Notes under the pieces: model-generated
Database searches by the model: none
The model's input: only the letters and a program-made list of their open reading frames with translations
Told to the model about the DNA's origin: nothing
Assembly (NCBI GenBank): GCA_963704075.1
Contig: CAVPGV010000009.1
Span: 244,286 to 308,285, forward strand
From: an uncultured Actinomycetota bacterium
Lineage (GTDB): Bacteria; Actinomycetota; Actinomycetes; S36-B12; UBA10799
Length of the DNA stretch: 64,000 nt
Direction: 5' to 3'
Made by a program: the position numbers and the translations under genes
Part shown: positions 22,886 through 34,146 of the stretch, in pieces
How the letters are laid out: every line of letters begins with the position of its first letter
How positions within the stretch are numbered: position 1 is the first letter of the stretch

Positions 22886-22995
22886 CGTTCCAGGGTACGT
22901 CAGGGCTTTCCGTCGGGGGCGTATGCGCCCACGCCCTCGCCGGATCCCAAAGTCTCGGGCCTGCCGAATTGCGTCGAGGGGCGTACGATTGTTGC

Positions 22996-23247
22996 ATGGG
23001 AAAGGTGTTGTTGGTCATAGCCGCTCTCGGCGTGATGATCTTCGCGCTGATCGACCTGTGGCAGGTGCCGGCCGCCGACGTGCGGGGCGGCAGCCGCTTC
23101 CTCTGGACGCTAGCGATCCTGCTTCTGCCCGTCGTGGGTGCCGGCCTGTGGCTGTTCTTCGGCCGCGAACCCGTCGAGGGCCCGAAACGGCGCTATCTGC
23201 CGCCCGACGACGATCCGGACTTCCTGCGCCGGATGCGTTCTCAGTAG
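22996..23247 (+). CDS. PLD-nuclease N-terminal (PLDc_N) domain small membrane protein
   Basis: ATG at 22996 (MGKVLLVIAALGVMIFALIDLWQ...WTLAILLLPVVGAGLWLFFGR), 83 aa, two TM helices, with a typical PLDc_N pattern. Confidence 0.6.
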   Translation: MGKVLLVIAALGVMIFALIDLWQVPAADVRGGSRFLWTLAILLLPVVGAGLWLFFGREPVEGPKRRYLPPDDDPDFLRRMRSQ

Positions 23248-23284
23248 GTAGTTCGGTCGTGCTCCCCCGGCCGAGCAGCGCCTT

Positions 23285-23548
23285 GAGGGCGGTGTTGTTG
23301 GGGTCGGTCGACAACCAGGGCGGTGTTGTTGGGCAACTTCAACCCCGCACACGCCCAACAACGTCGCCCTCAAGCCGAAGGCCACCGCCCTCACCAACCA
23401 AGGGCTACTACGCGCATTTCGAGGGCGGTGTTGTTGGGGTCGGTCGACAACCAGGGCGGTGTTGTTGGGCAACTTCAACCCCGCACACGCCCAACAACGT
23501 CGCCCTCAAGCCGAAGGCCACCGCCCTCACGGACGAGGGGCTACTACC
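23285..23548. repeat. Two tandem copies of a 136-bp element rich in internal inverted repeats
   Basis: 23285-23394 is identical to 23421-23530 (110 of 110 nt), followed by similar but diverged tails. Each unit contains GGGCGGTGTTGTTGGG twice, its imperfect complement CCCAACAACGTCGCCC once, and CACCGCCCTC complementary to the unit start. Confidence 0.9.
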
Positions 23549-24467
23549 TACACTCCCGCGTAGGAATGCAGCCCGGTCGCGAAGAAGTTCACCCCGAAGT
23601 AGTTGATCAGGAACGAGACGAACCCGACGAGGCCGATGATCGCGGCCTTGCGGCCCTTCCACCCGGCTGTGGACCGTGCATGCAGGTATCCGGCGTAGAT
23701 GACCCACGTGATGAACGCCCAGGTCTCCTTGGGGTCCCAGCCCCAGTAGCGGCCCCAGGCGTTCTCGGCCCAGATGGCGCCGGCGATGACCGCGAACGTC
23801 CACACCGGGAAGACGAAGGCGATCGTGCGGTAGGACAGGGCGTCGAGGCGTTCGGCACTCGGCAGGCGTGAGGCCAGGCCCGAATCCGCTCGTCCCGGTC
23901 CTCGGCCCGCTGCCGTATGAGGTAGGCGCCGATCAGACCGGCGCTGAGCGTGAATGCCCCGCCGGAGATCGCCGCGGCGCTCACGTGGATCACCAGCCAC
24001 CAGGACTTCAAGGCCGGGACCAGTTGGGCCGACTCGGTGTAGAGCAGAGTGACGGCCACGCCGAGGGTCAGCAGAACCGCTCCGATGACCCAGACGCCGA
24101 GCCAGCGCAAGTCGGTGCGGGTCGAGGCGATCAGGTATGTGAGAGACACGGCGATGGCCGCTCCCAGGGAGAACTCGTACATATTGCCCAGTGGGAAACG
24201 CTCGGCTGCCAGACCGCGTAGCACGAACCCGACGATCAGGAGCCCCGTGGCCAGCCAGGACAGCGACAACGCGATGTTGCCGCTGCGGCGACCGGGTTCA
24301 TCGGCGATGGGCGTCTGTGTGTCATGAGCACCGGCAGCACCCACCAGGACCGGGTTCTTGGAGGCCAGCGGCACCCGTCGGGCGGCCAGCGAGGCAGCGA
24401 AACCGAAGAGGGCCAAGGCGTACACCAGCATCGAGGCGTACACCGCAGCGTTGCTCAACTGTGCCAT
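23548..24467 (-). pseudogene. ccsA: Cytochrome c biogenesis protein CcsA/ResC, one frame break as assembled
   Basis: ORF 23607..24467 carries the N-terminal TM part. ORF 23548..24000 carries the C-terminal part with the WGxxWxWD heme-handling motif (WGRYWGWDPKETW). The junction is at about 23875-23890. The span is 920 nt, which is 3n+2. Confidence 0.85.
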
Positions 24468-24469
24468 TC

Positions 24470-25978
24470 TCAGCTCTCCCTCTTCGACAGCATCGTGGCG
24501 ATCTCGCGGACATCATCGTGCACGCGCCCGCCGCCCGAACGGCTCAGACCCGCCACTTCGGCCACTGTATCCCCCTGCGGCGACAGCCGGATCCAAACCC
24601 GGCGCCGGTGCAGCAGCAGTGACATGCTGACCCCGACGATCACCAACGCCGACGCGATCAGCGCCAGCCAGCGGCCCGGGTCGTGGGCCAGGGAAAGGTT
24701 CGCGAAGTCCCGGAATCCGACGAACTCGACGGTCGTGCCGTCGGGCAGTTCCCAACTCTGGCCCGGCCGCAGCGCCTGGTTGCCGATCAGATCGAGGTCC
24801 GTGGTGTCCAGCTGGTACACGCTGCCGCCGATCTTCACGTCACCGGTGAACGCCCCGAGGAACAGTTGCGGGTCCTGGGCGGCCGGAAAGGTGGAAATGG
24901 GCCCTCGCACGGGGTCGATCGAGGCGGTCGGAAGGAACAGGCCCTGCAGGGCGAAACCGGGCTCGACATCCGGAACCTTGACCACCCCCGAGGAGGTCAG
25001 GTTGCCGTCGCGGGGCAGGAAGACCACCGCGTCATCGAAGATGACGGTCCCGTCCGGCCGGGTGACCTTGATCTCGGGCGCATACCCGTGGCCGGTGAGG
25101 AACACTTTGACACCGGGCAGCACCAGCGGTGAGTTGACCTGGAACTCCTGCTCGGTGACAGGATCCCCTGGCCGCTCGCTGACCAGGGCCCGCGCCTCGA
25201 ACTGCCGTGGCGCTCCGGCCTGTTGGCCCGACTCCTGGAAGGTGGCGGCGAAGTCCTGGAGGATGACCGAGAACGGCGCGATCTGATCGGGATTGACGAG
25301 CCGACCCTTGCGGAACGAGTCGAACTGCGTCAGAGAGCCCGTGAAGCCCTTGCCTTCCACCACGATGACCCTGGCCGACCATCCGAACAGTCCACCGACG
25401 CCGACGGCCAGCAGCAGGAAGATGAAGCAGAGGTGGAACAGCAGGTTGCCCACCTCATGCAGGTAGCCCTTCTCGGCGCTGACCGCGTCGCCGTCGCGAC
25501 GCACCCGCCACTTGCTGGCACGCAGGTAGGCTTCCGCATCGTCGAGCAGTGCCTGATCCGCGGCGACGTCGTGCACGGCGGTGTACGCGGGCATGCGCGA
25601 CAAGCGCGAGGGCGCCGGCGGCGGGGGATTGCGATAGGTCCGTATGAAGTCAGCGGTCCGGGGGATGATGCATCCGACCAAGGAGATGCACAGCAGCAGG
25701 TAGATCGCCGCGAACCACGCCGAGGCGAAGACGTCGAACATGCCGAGCCGGTCCAGCCACGGCCCGAGGGTCGGATTTGCCTGCAAGTAGTCGTTGACAC
25801 GCGCCGCGTCGGTGCCCCGCTGCGGGAACACGGAACCGGGAATACTGGCCAGCGCGAGCAACAGCAGCAGGATCAGCGCCGTGCGCATGCTGGTGAGGGT
25901 CCGCCAGCCCCAGCGCAACCACCCCACCGCGCCGAGCTGCGGACCGCTGCTGCGCGGACGTTCCACCGTCGTGGTCAT
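24470..25978 (-). CDS. resB: Cytochrome c biogenesis protein ResB/Ccs1
   Basis: ATG at 25978 (MTTTVERPRSSGPQLGAVGWLRWGWRTLTSMRTALILL...) followed by 502 codons. It forms an ATGA overlap with the ccdA stop. The track ORF 24470..26725 fuses it to ccdA read-through. Confidence 0.85.
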   Translation of the reverse strand: MTTTVERPRSSGPQLGAVGWLRWGWRTLTSMRTALILLLLLALASIPGSVFPQRGTDAARVNDYLQANPTLGPWLDRLGMFDVFASAWFAAIYLLLCISLVGCIIPRTADFIRTYRNPPPPAPSRLSRMPAYTAVHDVAADQALLDDAEAYLRASKWRVRRDGDAVSAEKGYLHEVGNLLFHLCFIFLLLAVGVGGLFGWSARVIVVEGKGFTGSLTQFDSFRKGRLVNPDQIAPFSVILQDFAATFQESGQQAGAPRQFEARALVSERPGDPVTEQEFQVNSPLVLPGVKVFLTGHGYAPEIKVTRPDGTVIFDDAVVFLPRDGNLTSSGVVKVPDVEPGFALQGLFLPTASIDPVRGPISTFPAAQDPQLFLGAFTGDVKIGGSVYQLDTTDLDLIGNQALRPGQSWELPDGTTVEFVGFRDFANLSLAHDPGRWLALIASALVIVGVSMSLLLHRRRVWIRLSPQGDTVAEVAGLSRSGGGRVHDDVREIATMLSKRES

Positions 25979-26725
25979 AGGCCCACCTGGAACTCGTTGG
26001 CCCAGACCCGCATCCAGACGGACACGTCGTTCCAGAAGCCCGTCACCAACAGCACTCCGATGAGGATCAACGTGGCGCCGCCGAAACGAAGCACCCACAG
26101 GGAATGCTGGCGCAGCCATTTCACCGCCCCGGCCATCCGGCGGAAGGCCAGCGCGATGATCAGGAAGGGAACGCCCAGCCCGATGCAGTACGCAAGGGAC
26201 AGCAGCGCGCCCGCGCAGCGCAGAGCCCTCCGTGAAGACCAGCGCTTGCACCGCCGCCAGGGTCGGGCCGATGCACGGCGTCCAGCCGAGGCCGAACAGC
26301 ACACCCAGCACCGGAGCGGTCCAGATCCCCAGGTTCGGGGACACGTGCCAGCGCACCTCGCGCTGTAGCCACGGGAAGGCCCCCATGAAGCCGATCCCCA
26401 TCACGATGATCACGACGCCGAGGACGCGCTGTATCGGCTCCTGGTACTCCAGCAGCACTCCCCCGGCGTAGCCGAGCAGAGCACCGTAGGAGATGAACAC
26501 CAGCGAGAAGCCCGCGATGAACAAGCCCACGCCGGTGAGAATGCGGCTGTGTCGGGGGGTCACGGGCTCGGTGAGTTCGGCGCCGGTCACACCGGTCACG
26601 ACCCCCACGTAGCCCGGAACCAGCGGCAGGACGCACGGCGAGGCGAACGAGACGAAGCCCGCGAGCAGCGCCAGCGGGATCGCCAGCAGCAGCGACCCGC
26701 CGGTGACGGTCTCGGCAACGCTCAC
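25975..26725 (-). pseudogene. ccdA: Cytochrome c-type biogenesis protein CcdA (DsbD-like), one frame break as assembled
   Basis: The N-terminal part has FASPCVLPLVPGY and GWTPCIGPTL motifs in the frame of ORF 24470..26725. The C-terminal part (ALLSLAYCIGLGVPFLI...) is in ORF 25975..26304. The junction is at about 26205-26215. The span is 751 nt, which is 3n+1. Confidence 0.85.
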
Positions 26726-27309
26726 CCGGAGGCTCCGCCCGAGTCTTCGGCAACGAGGTCCTGCAGGGCCGCGTCGAGCTCACCGGCCTCGACGGCACCG
26801 AGGAACCGCCCGGCCACTCTGCCTTGCGCATCGACGAGCAGCGTGGACGGGATCGCCTGCGGCGGCAGGCTGTCCGAGAACTGCAGCACCAGTTGCCCGT
26901 CCGGGTCCGGCAGGTTGGGATACGGGATGTTGAACTTCTCCACGAACGCCCGTGCGGGGGCGTCCGAATCTCGGGTGTCCAGTCCCAGGAAGTTGACGTC
27001 CGGGTTCTGCTGCGCGACGGCAACCAGTTCCGGCGCCTCCGCCCGGCACGGCGCGCACCAGGAGGCCCACACGTTGATGACCCCGGGACTGCCTTCCCAG
27101 GTGGAGGTGTCGACGGGTTCACCGTTCAGGTCGGTACCGGTGAGGACAGGAGCAGGTTTGCGCTGATCGACCGGCAGGATCACCGATGTGCCGTCACCTT
27201 CGACGAAACCGGCCGAATCACCGGGGTCCGCCGCCTCCTGCGAGCAGCCGGCCAGCGCCAGGGCAGCCAAGAGCGCGACCAGGCCGAACCGTTTCCCTGC
27301 CGTACGCAC
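26722..27309 (-). CDS. Thioredoxin-like thiol:disulfide oxidoreductase lipoprotein (TlpA/ResA family)
   Basis: 195 aa with the lipobox LALAGCS and the thioredoxin active site WASWCAPCRAE. It lies upstream of ccdA-resB-ccsA. Confidence 0.85.
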   Translation of the reverse strand: MRTAGKRFGLVALLAALALAGCSQEAADPGDSAGFVEGDGTSVILPVDQRKPAPVLTGTDLNGEPVDTSTWEGSPGVINVWASWCAPCRAEAPELVAVAQQNPDVNFLGLDTRDSDAPARAFVEKFNIPYPNLPDPDGQLVLQFSDSLPPQAIPSTLLVDAQGRVAGRFLGAVEAGELDAALQDLVAEDSGGASG

Positions 27310-27951
27310 TTACGCCCCGACCCCCTTGGTCGACCGCGGATACAGCGACGCCGCGGGTTCGGTGTAGACGATCGACACCAGTTCGTCGTCGTCGAATGTG
27401 AAAGACGTCAGAGACGCCAGGTTGCACTGCCGCTTGCGGGGGTCGTGCATGAACGGCCGTCGTTCGGCGTCCAGCCGGGAGATCCATACCGGCAACTGAT
27501 GGCTGACCAGCACCGTTTCGTGACCGCGGGCGCTGCGGCGGGCATCGGTGACAGCCGCACGCATGCGGGCGGCTACATCCTTGTAGGGCTCCCCCCATGA
27601 GGGCCGCGCCGGGTTCCACAGGTGCCGCCAGGCCCGGGGCTGGCGCAGGACGCCGTCACCCACCGAGACCCGCTGGCCCTCGAAGACGTTGCCGGCCTCG
27701 ATGATCCGCTCGTCGATCAGCGGCGTGAGCCCGAACTTCTCGGAGATGGGCGCGGCCGTTTCCCGGGCCCGTTCCAGCGGGGACGACCGCACCTCGACCA
27801 GGTCGCGCCCGGCCAGTGCCTCTGCGGCGAGAACAGCCATCTGCTGTCCCAGTTCCGACAGGTGGAACTCCGGCAGCCGACCGTAGAGGATCTTGTCGGG
27901 GTTGTACACCTCGCCGTGGCGCAGCAGGTGGACCGTCGTGCGCTCGGTCAT
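27310..27951 (-). CDS. Histidine phosphatase (phosphoglycerate mutase) family protein
   Basis: 213 aa with an N-terminal RHG motif (VHLLRHGEV). It has a 4-nt overlap with the hemL end. Confidence 0.8.
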   Translation of the reverse strand: MTERTTVHLLRHGEVYNPDKILYGRLPEFHLSELGQQMAVLAAEALAGRDLVEVRSSPLERARETAAPISEKFGLTPLIDERIIEAGNVFEGQRVSVGDGVLRQPRAWRHLWNPARPSWGEPYKDVAARMRAAVTDARRSARGHETVLVSHQLPVWISRLDAERRPFMHDPRKRQCNLASLTSFTFDDDELVSIVYTEPAASLYPRSTKGVGA

Positions 27952-29234
27952 GACGTGGCTCCTTGGGACGCGGCGGCGCGGGCTGCGCCGGGCAATGCTT
28001 GTTCGATCAGTCCGAGCGCCTCGTCATCGTGCGCACTGCTCACGAACCACGCTTCGAACGCCGACGGCGGAAGACTCACACCGGCATCGAGCATCGCCGA
28101 ATGGAACGCAGCGAACGCGCCGGTGTCCTGCTCGCGGGCCTGGTCGTAGTTGGTGACCGGTTCGTCCCGGAAGAAGAAACTGAACAGGTTTCCGGCACGC
28201 TGCACGACGTGGGGTACACCTGCCTTCGTGAGCGCCTCGCCGGTCATTGCGATGACCTGCTCGGCGGCGGCATCCACCGCGGCGTAGTCGGCGTTGCGCA
28301 GCATCGCGAGCCCGGCCGCGGTGGCGACCGGGTTGCCCGACAAGGTGCCCGCCTGATACACCGGGCCCTGCGGGGCCAGCATCTGCATCACATCCGCACG
28401 GCCGCCGAAGGCCGCCACGGGCAAGCCGCCTCCGATGACTTTGCCGTAGGTGTAGAGATCTGCCGGGACGCCCTCAACACCGAACCAGCCCGCCGGGGAG
28501 ACCCGGAAACCGGTCATGACCTCGTCGCTGATGAGCAGAGCGCCGTTCTCCTTGCACAGTCCGGCGAGGCCCTGGCTGAACCCGGGTGCAGGGGGGACGA
28601 CCCCCATGTTCGCGGGGACCGCCTCGGTGATGACCGCGGCCACCTCGTGGGCTTGCAGCGCATCAGCCACGGCTGCCAGATCGTTGTAGGGCAGCACGAC
28701 CGTGTCGGCGGTCTGTTCCTTGGTCACGCCGGCGCTGTCGGGCAGCCCGAGGGTGGCCACTCCGCTACCCGCGGCGGCCAGCAGACCGTCGGAGTGCCCG
28801 TGGTAGCAGCCGGCGAACTTCACGATCACGTCACGTCCGGTGAAGCCCCGAGCCACCCGGATCGCGCTCATCGTGGCCTCCGTACCGGAGTTGACCAGGC
28901 GCACCTGATCCACCGGGTCTACCCGCTCGACGATCAATTCGGCGAGTTCGACCTCGTTGGGGTGCGGCGCACCGAAACCGAGTCCGGAGGCGGCGGTCTG
29001 CTGCGCTGCTTCGACAACCGCGGGGTGCGCGTGGCCGAGCAGTGCCGGACCCCACTGACCCACCAGATCGACGTAGGTGTTGCCATCGACGTCGGTCACG
29101 TACGGTCCCTGGCCGCTGGTGAAGAAGACCGGATGACCGCCAACGGCCCGGAACGCCCGGACCGGGGAGTTGACCCCGCCGGGGGTGACCGCCCGCGCCC
29201 GGTCCAACCACCTGGCCGACGTGCTGCGCTCCAT
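27948..29234 (-). CDS. hemL: Glutamate-1-semialdehyde 2,1-aminomutase
   Basis: ATG at 29234 ([28 protein letters not shown]...) followed by 428 codons. It is a class III aminotransferase. The upstream 195 codons of the track ORF are read-through. Confidence 0.9.
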   Translation of the reverse strand: MERSTSARWLDRARAVTPGGVNSPVRAFRAVGGHPVFFTSGQGPYVTDVDGNTYVDLVGQWGPALLGHAHPAVVEAAQQTAASGLGFGAPHPNEVELAELIVERVDPVDQVRLVNSGTEATMSAIRVARGFTGRDVIVKFAGCYHGHSDGLLAAAGSGVATLGLPDSAGVTKEQTADTVVLPYNDLAAVADALQAHEVAAVITEAVPANMGVVPPAPGFSQGLAGLCKENGALLISDEVMTGFRVSPAGWFGVEGVPADLYTYGKVIGGGLPVAAFGGRADVMQMLAPQGPVYQAGTLSGNPVATAAGLAMLRNADYAAVDAAAEQVIAMTGEALTKAGVPHVVQRAGNLFSFFFRDEPVTNYDQAREQDTGAFAAFHSAMLDAGVSLPPSAFEAWFVSSAHDDEALGLIEQALPGAARAAASQGATS

Positions 29235-29323
29235 GCCTCCGATCGTCGCATGGGCGAACCCGGCCGGCGATCCGTGGTCCCGAGATCGTGGCCCGGGTCC
29301 GCGGCGATCCAGCGGAGCCGGGC

Positions 29324-29983
29324 TCAGACCGGATCCTCCGGTGGCCGGGCAGGCATCCGGCCCAGCAGGAACCCCGCGAGCCCCGCACCTGTCGGCCACC
29401 ACAGCACCGCGAGGGTGGGCGAGATGAACGCCAGGGGGATGGAGGTCAGGAACACGACGATGGGTGACAACGAGCCCAGCAACTGAACCCTGGAGAACGC
29501 GGGGTCGGGCTGCACGACGAACAATCCGCCGCGCAGCGCCAGTGCGAACAGAACGGTCTCCATGCCACTGACCGCGCTCGCGTACACCGCGAACACCGCG
29601 ATCGCCAGCGGATTGTTCCAGTACTCCCCCAGAACCCCCGCGGGTATCGGCAGCAGCGCGATCAGGGCGAGGAAGACCAACGTGCCCACCACGTATCGCG
29701 AGTCCATGGCCCGAAGTGTCATCACGAACCGGTGATTGGCCCGCCAGTAGATGGCCACCCAGACGAAGGCCACCAGGAAGGCCAGGAGCACCGGCCCCTT
29801 GGCGGTCAGTGCTGCCCACAGATCCGGGACGGAGTCGGGGTCTCCCTCAACCTCCGGGAGTCCGATCTCGACCGCGGCCAGGGTCAAGGCGATAGCGAAG
29901 ACCGCGTCCGAGAAGAAGACCACGCGATCGAACGCGACCCCGTCGCCCCTGGGATAGACCGTCCGTGTCCACACCGATGCCAT
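29324..29983 (-). CDS. TMEM175/DUF1211-family putative potassium channel
   Basis: ATG at 29983 followed by 219 codons. The signature is [18 protein letters not shown] followed by 5-6 further TM helices. Confidence 0.65.
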   Translation of the reverse strand: MASVWTRTVYPRGDGVAFDRVVFFSDAVFAIALTLAAVEIGLPEVEGDPDSVPDLWAALTAKGPVLLAFLVAFVWVAIYWRANHRFVMTLRAMDSRYVVGTLVFLALIALLPIPAGVLGEYWNNPLAIAVFAVYASAVSGMETVLFALALRGGLFVVQPDPAFSRVQLLGSLSPIVVFLTSIPLAFISPTLAVLWWPTGAGLAGFLLGRMPARPPEDPV

Positions 29984-30073
29984 GACCGGCACAGGAGTGG
30001 GCAGGGCGCCCGGTGGCGGGGATCCGCACGTTGGGGGATGGCGGCCGGGCCAGCCGATTGGTAGTTTCCGACC

Positions 30074-30628
30074 ATGGTCCTGGGGCTCGCGAGCGCTGCC
30101 GGTGCGCTCGCCGCCGCCGCTCTGCTCATCCGGCTTCATCTGCTGCCGACCGGGCTGAATCCACTGCGGGATGCGGTCAGCGACTACGGCTGGACTCCTT
30201 ACCACCGCAACTACCGAGCCATGGTGACCCTGTTCGGGGTCGCCGGCGCGCTCCTGGCGCTGGGTCTGAACAACGACACCGACGCCACCTCGCTGTATTG
30301 GCTGTGGCTCTTCGCGGCGTGCCGGGTCGCTATCGCATGGTTCATGACCGACGAGAACCCGCCGCCGGTCACCAGAGAGGGCCGGATTCACGCGCTCCTC
30401 GCGGTGGGAGCGTTCGCAGCGATCGCTCTGGCGGGAGCCACCGTGCAGTGGACCGGCGAGGTGGCTGCCCTCGCACCGCTGGGTACGGCCGTCTGGATCA
30501 CGGCGCTCGTGACCCTCGGCGCCCGGCTCATCCCGCGCGTGCGACCGGTCCTGTTCGGCGCGGCGGAGCGGGCCCTCTACCTGGCCACCATCGCCTGGCT
30601 GCTGACGGCCGCGCTGACCTTCTGGTGA
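30074..30628 (+). CDS. Integral membrane protein (DUF998-like)
   Basis: 184-aa ORF with about 6 predicted hydrophobic helices. It is divergent from the TMEM175-like gene. Confidence 0.55.
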   Translation: MVLGLASAAGALAAAALLIRLHLLPTGLNPLRDAVSDYGWTPYHRNYRAMVTLFGVAGALLALGLNNDTDATSLYWLWLFAACRVAIAWFMTDENPPPVTREGRIHALLAVGAFAAIALAGATVQWTGEVAALAPLGTAVWITALVTLGARLIPRVRPVLFGAAERALYLATIAWLLTAALTFW

Positions 30629-30736
30629 CGAAGTGGCACGGGCCAGTCAGTTCTCCACCGACTGGCCCGCCGGCGTTGCGCTGGCGGCGCAGGGCCCGAC
30701 CCCTGAGGGCCGGCCCCCGCGCCAGGACTGAGCGGC

Positions 30737-32896
30737 CTACAGGTACTGCTCGCCGCGGTCGGCCCGCGCCACCAGCGAGGCGGGGACAGCGAAGCGTTCA
30801 CCGTACTTCTCGGCGAACTCGCGTGCCCTGGCCACGAATTCGGCCAATCCGTAACCGTTGATGTACTGCAGCACACCCCCGGTCCACGGCGGGAACCCGA
30901 TCCCGAAGATGGAGCCGATGTTCGCATCCGGAACGTTGCGCAGGACGCCCTCGTCCAGGCAGCGCACCGAGTCCAGTGCCTCGACGAACAACATCCGCTC
31001 CTGCAACTCGGTGAGGTCGATCGACGCGGGATCGATGTCCGATCCCCAGGTCTCGAGCAGGCCCGGCCACAAACCGACCCGCTTGCCGTCCTCGTAGTCG
31101 TAGAACCCGGCACCGGCCGCGCGGCCGCCGCGGTCGAACTCCACGACCATCTTGTCGATGACCGGGTAGGAGGGATGCTCGGGGAAGTCCCAGCCCTCGG
31201 CAGCTGCGGCCTCCCGGGAGGCCTCCCGGATCCGACGGCCCAGCGTCAGGCTGACCTCGTCGAACAGCGCCAGCGGTCCGGTCGGGTAGCCGGCCTGCAG
31301 TGCTGCTTGCTCGATGCTGGCCGCCGGGATCCCCTCGGCCAGCATCGCCGCGGCCTCGCCCATGAACGTGCCGATGACGCGACTGGTGAAGAACCCGCGG
31401 CTGTCGTTGACGACGATCGGGGTCTTCTTGATCTGCAGGGCGACGTCCACGGCTTGCGCGATCGCCGCATCCGAGGTCTGCTCCCCGACGACGATCTCCA
31501 GCAGCGGCATCTTGTCCACCGGCGAGAAGAAGTGCATACCGATGAAGTCGGCCGGCCGGGTCACCGCGTCAGCGAGCCCGGTGACGGGCAGGGTCGAGGT
31601 GTTGGAGGCCAGCAGCGCGTCCCAGGCCAGGAACGGCTCGATCTCCGCGTAGACCTTCTTCTTCAGCGCCGGGTCCTCGAACACCGCCTCGATCAGCAGG
31701 TCGGCACCCTTGGCGTCGGCTGGGTTGTCGGTGGAGTGATCCGGGCCAGCACCTCATCGGCGGCCTCCTGGGTCATCCTGCCCCGGCTCACGGCCTTGTC
31801 CAGCAGCTTCTCGCTGTAGGCCTTGCCCTTCTGCGCCGACTCCAGCGTGACATCCTTGAGTACGACCTCCATGCCGGAACGCGCCGACACGTAGGCGATG
31901 CCGGCGCCCATCATGCCCGCTCCGAGGACCACGACCTTCTTGGCCGTGTACTTCTCGTGGCCCTTCGGGCCGGCTGCTGCCCTTCATGATCCCCTGCAGG
32001 TCGAAGAAGAACGCCTTGATCATGTTCTTGCTGACCTGGCCGGTGGCGAGACTGACGAAGTACTGCGTCTCGATGCGCAGTGCGTTGTCGACGTCCACCT
32101 GGGAACCCTCGACCGCCGCGGCCATGATGGCCTCCGGGGCAGGCATGGGTGCGCCCTTGATCTGCTTGCGCAGGTTCGCCGGGAACGCCGGCAGCATCGC
32201 GGCGAACTTGGGATTCGACGGGGTGCCACCGGGGATCTTGTAGCCCTTGACGTCCCACGGCTGTACCGCATCCGGGTTGGCCCTGATCCAGGCCTTCGCC
32301 GCGGCGATCAACTCCGCCGGGTCGCTGACGAGTTCGTCGACCAGTCCCACCTCGAGTGCGGCCGCGGGCTTGCGGCGCTGTCCCTGCAGGAGGACCTCCA
32401 TGAGCGCCTTCTGCAGCCCGAACATGCGCACGGTGCGGGCCACGCCGCCGCCGCCGGGCAACAAGCCCAGACTCACCTCGGGCAGCCCGATCTCACTGCC
32501 CTTGACGTCCAGCGCGATCCGGTGGTGACAGGCCAGGGCGATCTCCAGGCCACCGCCGAGCGCAGCGCCGTTGATGGCTGCCACGACGGGCTTGCCCAGC
32601 GTCTCGAGTTGCCGGCTCAGGCCCTTGAACGTCTGCAGTTGCTCGGTCAGCGCCTGCGCGTCCGCGGGCGTGGCCTGGCTCAGCAACGTCAGGTCGCCAC
32701 CGGCGAAGAAGGTCTTCTTCCCCGAGGTGATGACCACACCGGCGATGTCGTCCTTCTCCGCGAGCAGGCGCTGCATCGTTTCGGCGAAACTCGACTGGAA
32801 CGTCGCGTTCATCGTGTTGGCGCCCTGGTCCGGGTCATCCATCGTCAGCGTGACGATCCCGTCGGCGTCCGTGTCCCAAGCGATCATGTTCGTCAT
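30737..32896 (-). pseudogene. fadB: Fatty-acid oxidation multifunctional protein (enoyl-CoA hydratase / 3-hydroxyacyl-CoA dehydrogenase), two frame breaks as assembled
   Basis: Three collinear pieces make up the gene. 31964..32896 is the crotonase domain, starting MTNMIAWDTDADGIVTLTMDDP. About 31733-31963 carries the NAD-binding motif VLGAGMMGAGIAYV. 30737..31732 is the HCDH part (...FEDPALKKKVYAEIEP...HFFSPV...). The junctions are near 31958-31968 and 31728-31738. Confidence 0.85.
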
Positions 32897-32900
32897 TTCC

Positions 32901-34116
32901 TCAGACCCTTTCGACGATCGTGGCCAGACCCATGCCGCCACCGATGCACAACGTGACCAATCCGTACCGGCCGCCGGAACGTTCCAGTTCGTCGACGACG
33001 GTCCCGAGGATCATCGCGCCGGTGGCTCCCAGCGGGTGTCCCATGGAGATCGCCCCCCCGTTGAGGTTGACCTTCTCCATGGGCAGGTCGAAGTCCTTCA
33101 CCCACTTGAGAACGACCGCGGCGAACGCCTCGTTGAGTTCCCAGACGTCGATGTCGTCGACGGTCAGGCCGGCGGTCTTCAAAACCTTGCGGGTGGCCGG
33201 CGTGGGGCCGGTGAGCATGATCGTCGGATCCGCGCCGGACACCGCCGTCGCGACGATCCGGGCGCGCGGCGCCATGCCGAAGTCCTTGCCGACCTGCTCG
33301 TTGCCGACGACCACCAGAGCGGCGCCGTCGACGATGCCCGAGGAGTTGCCCGGGGTGTGCACGTGGTCGATCGACTCGACCCAGTGGAACTTCTGCAGCG
33401 CAACCGCGTCGAAACCACCCATCTCACCGATGCCGGCGAACGACGGCCTGAGCTTTGCCAGCGACTCCATCGTCGTGTCGGGACGCATGTGCTCGTCGTG
33501 GTCGAGCAGGGTCACACCGTTGCGGTCCTTCACGGGCACCACGGACTTGGCGAAGTTGCCGGCACTCCACGCGGCCGCCGACCGCTGCTGGGACTGCACG
33601 GCGTAGGCGTCGACGTCCTCGCGCGTGAAACCCTCCGTGGTGGCGATGAGGTCGGCACTGATGCCCTGCGGCACGAAGTAGGTGTCGTAGGCGGTCTCGG
33701 GATCCATGGCCCACGCGCCGCCGTCGGAGCCCATGGGCACGCGGCTCATGCACTCGACGCCGCCGGCGATGATCAACTGGTCCCATCCGGAGCGGACCTT
33801 CTGCGCGGCGATGTTGACGGCTTCGAGCGCGGAGGCGCAGAACCGGTTGACCTGGGTACCCGCGACGGTGTCGGGGAGACCGGCGAAGATCGCGGCGGTC
33901 TTGGCGATGTCGGCACCCTGGTCGCCCACCGGGGTGACGCAGCCGAGCACGAGATCATCGATCGCGTTCGGGTCCATGTTCGGATGCCGCGTGCGCAGTT
34001 CGTCGATGAGTCCGGTCACCAGGGTCACGGGCTTGACGCCGTGCAGCGAACCGTTGGCCTTTGCCCCGGCCGCGGGGGGTGCGGATCGCTTCGTAGATGT
34101 ACGCTTCGTTGGCCAT
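32901..34116 (-). pseudogene. fadA: Acetyl-CoA C-acyltransferase (thiolase), frame break in first ~20 codons as assembled
   Basis: ATG at 34116 after GAAGGAG gives the canonical thiolase N-terminus [16 protein letters not shown]. This frame then fails. The rest ([11 protein letters not shown]...[11 protein letters not shown]...[12 protein letters not shown]) is in ORF 32901..34121. The junction is at about 34055-34085. The span is 1216 nt, which is 3n+1. Confidence 0.85.
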
Positions 34117-34146
34117 GCCACTCCTTCGATCGGGCTTGGCCTCAGA

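Noticed and set aside
23285-23548. The tandem repeat considered as a degenerate CRISPR array or as a coding repeat (ORFs 22923..23606 and 23323..23871 translate it).
   Set aside because: There are only two units, and they are contiguous with no unique spacers. No cas genes are present. The ORFs that span it have no start context and cross two convergent stop codons.
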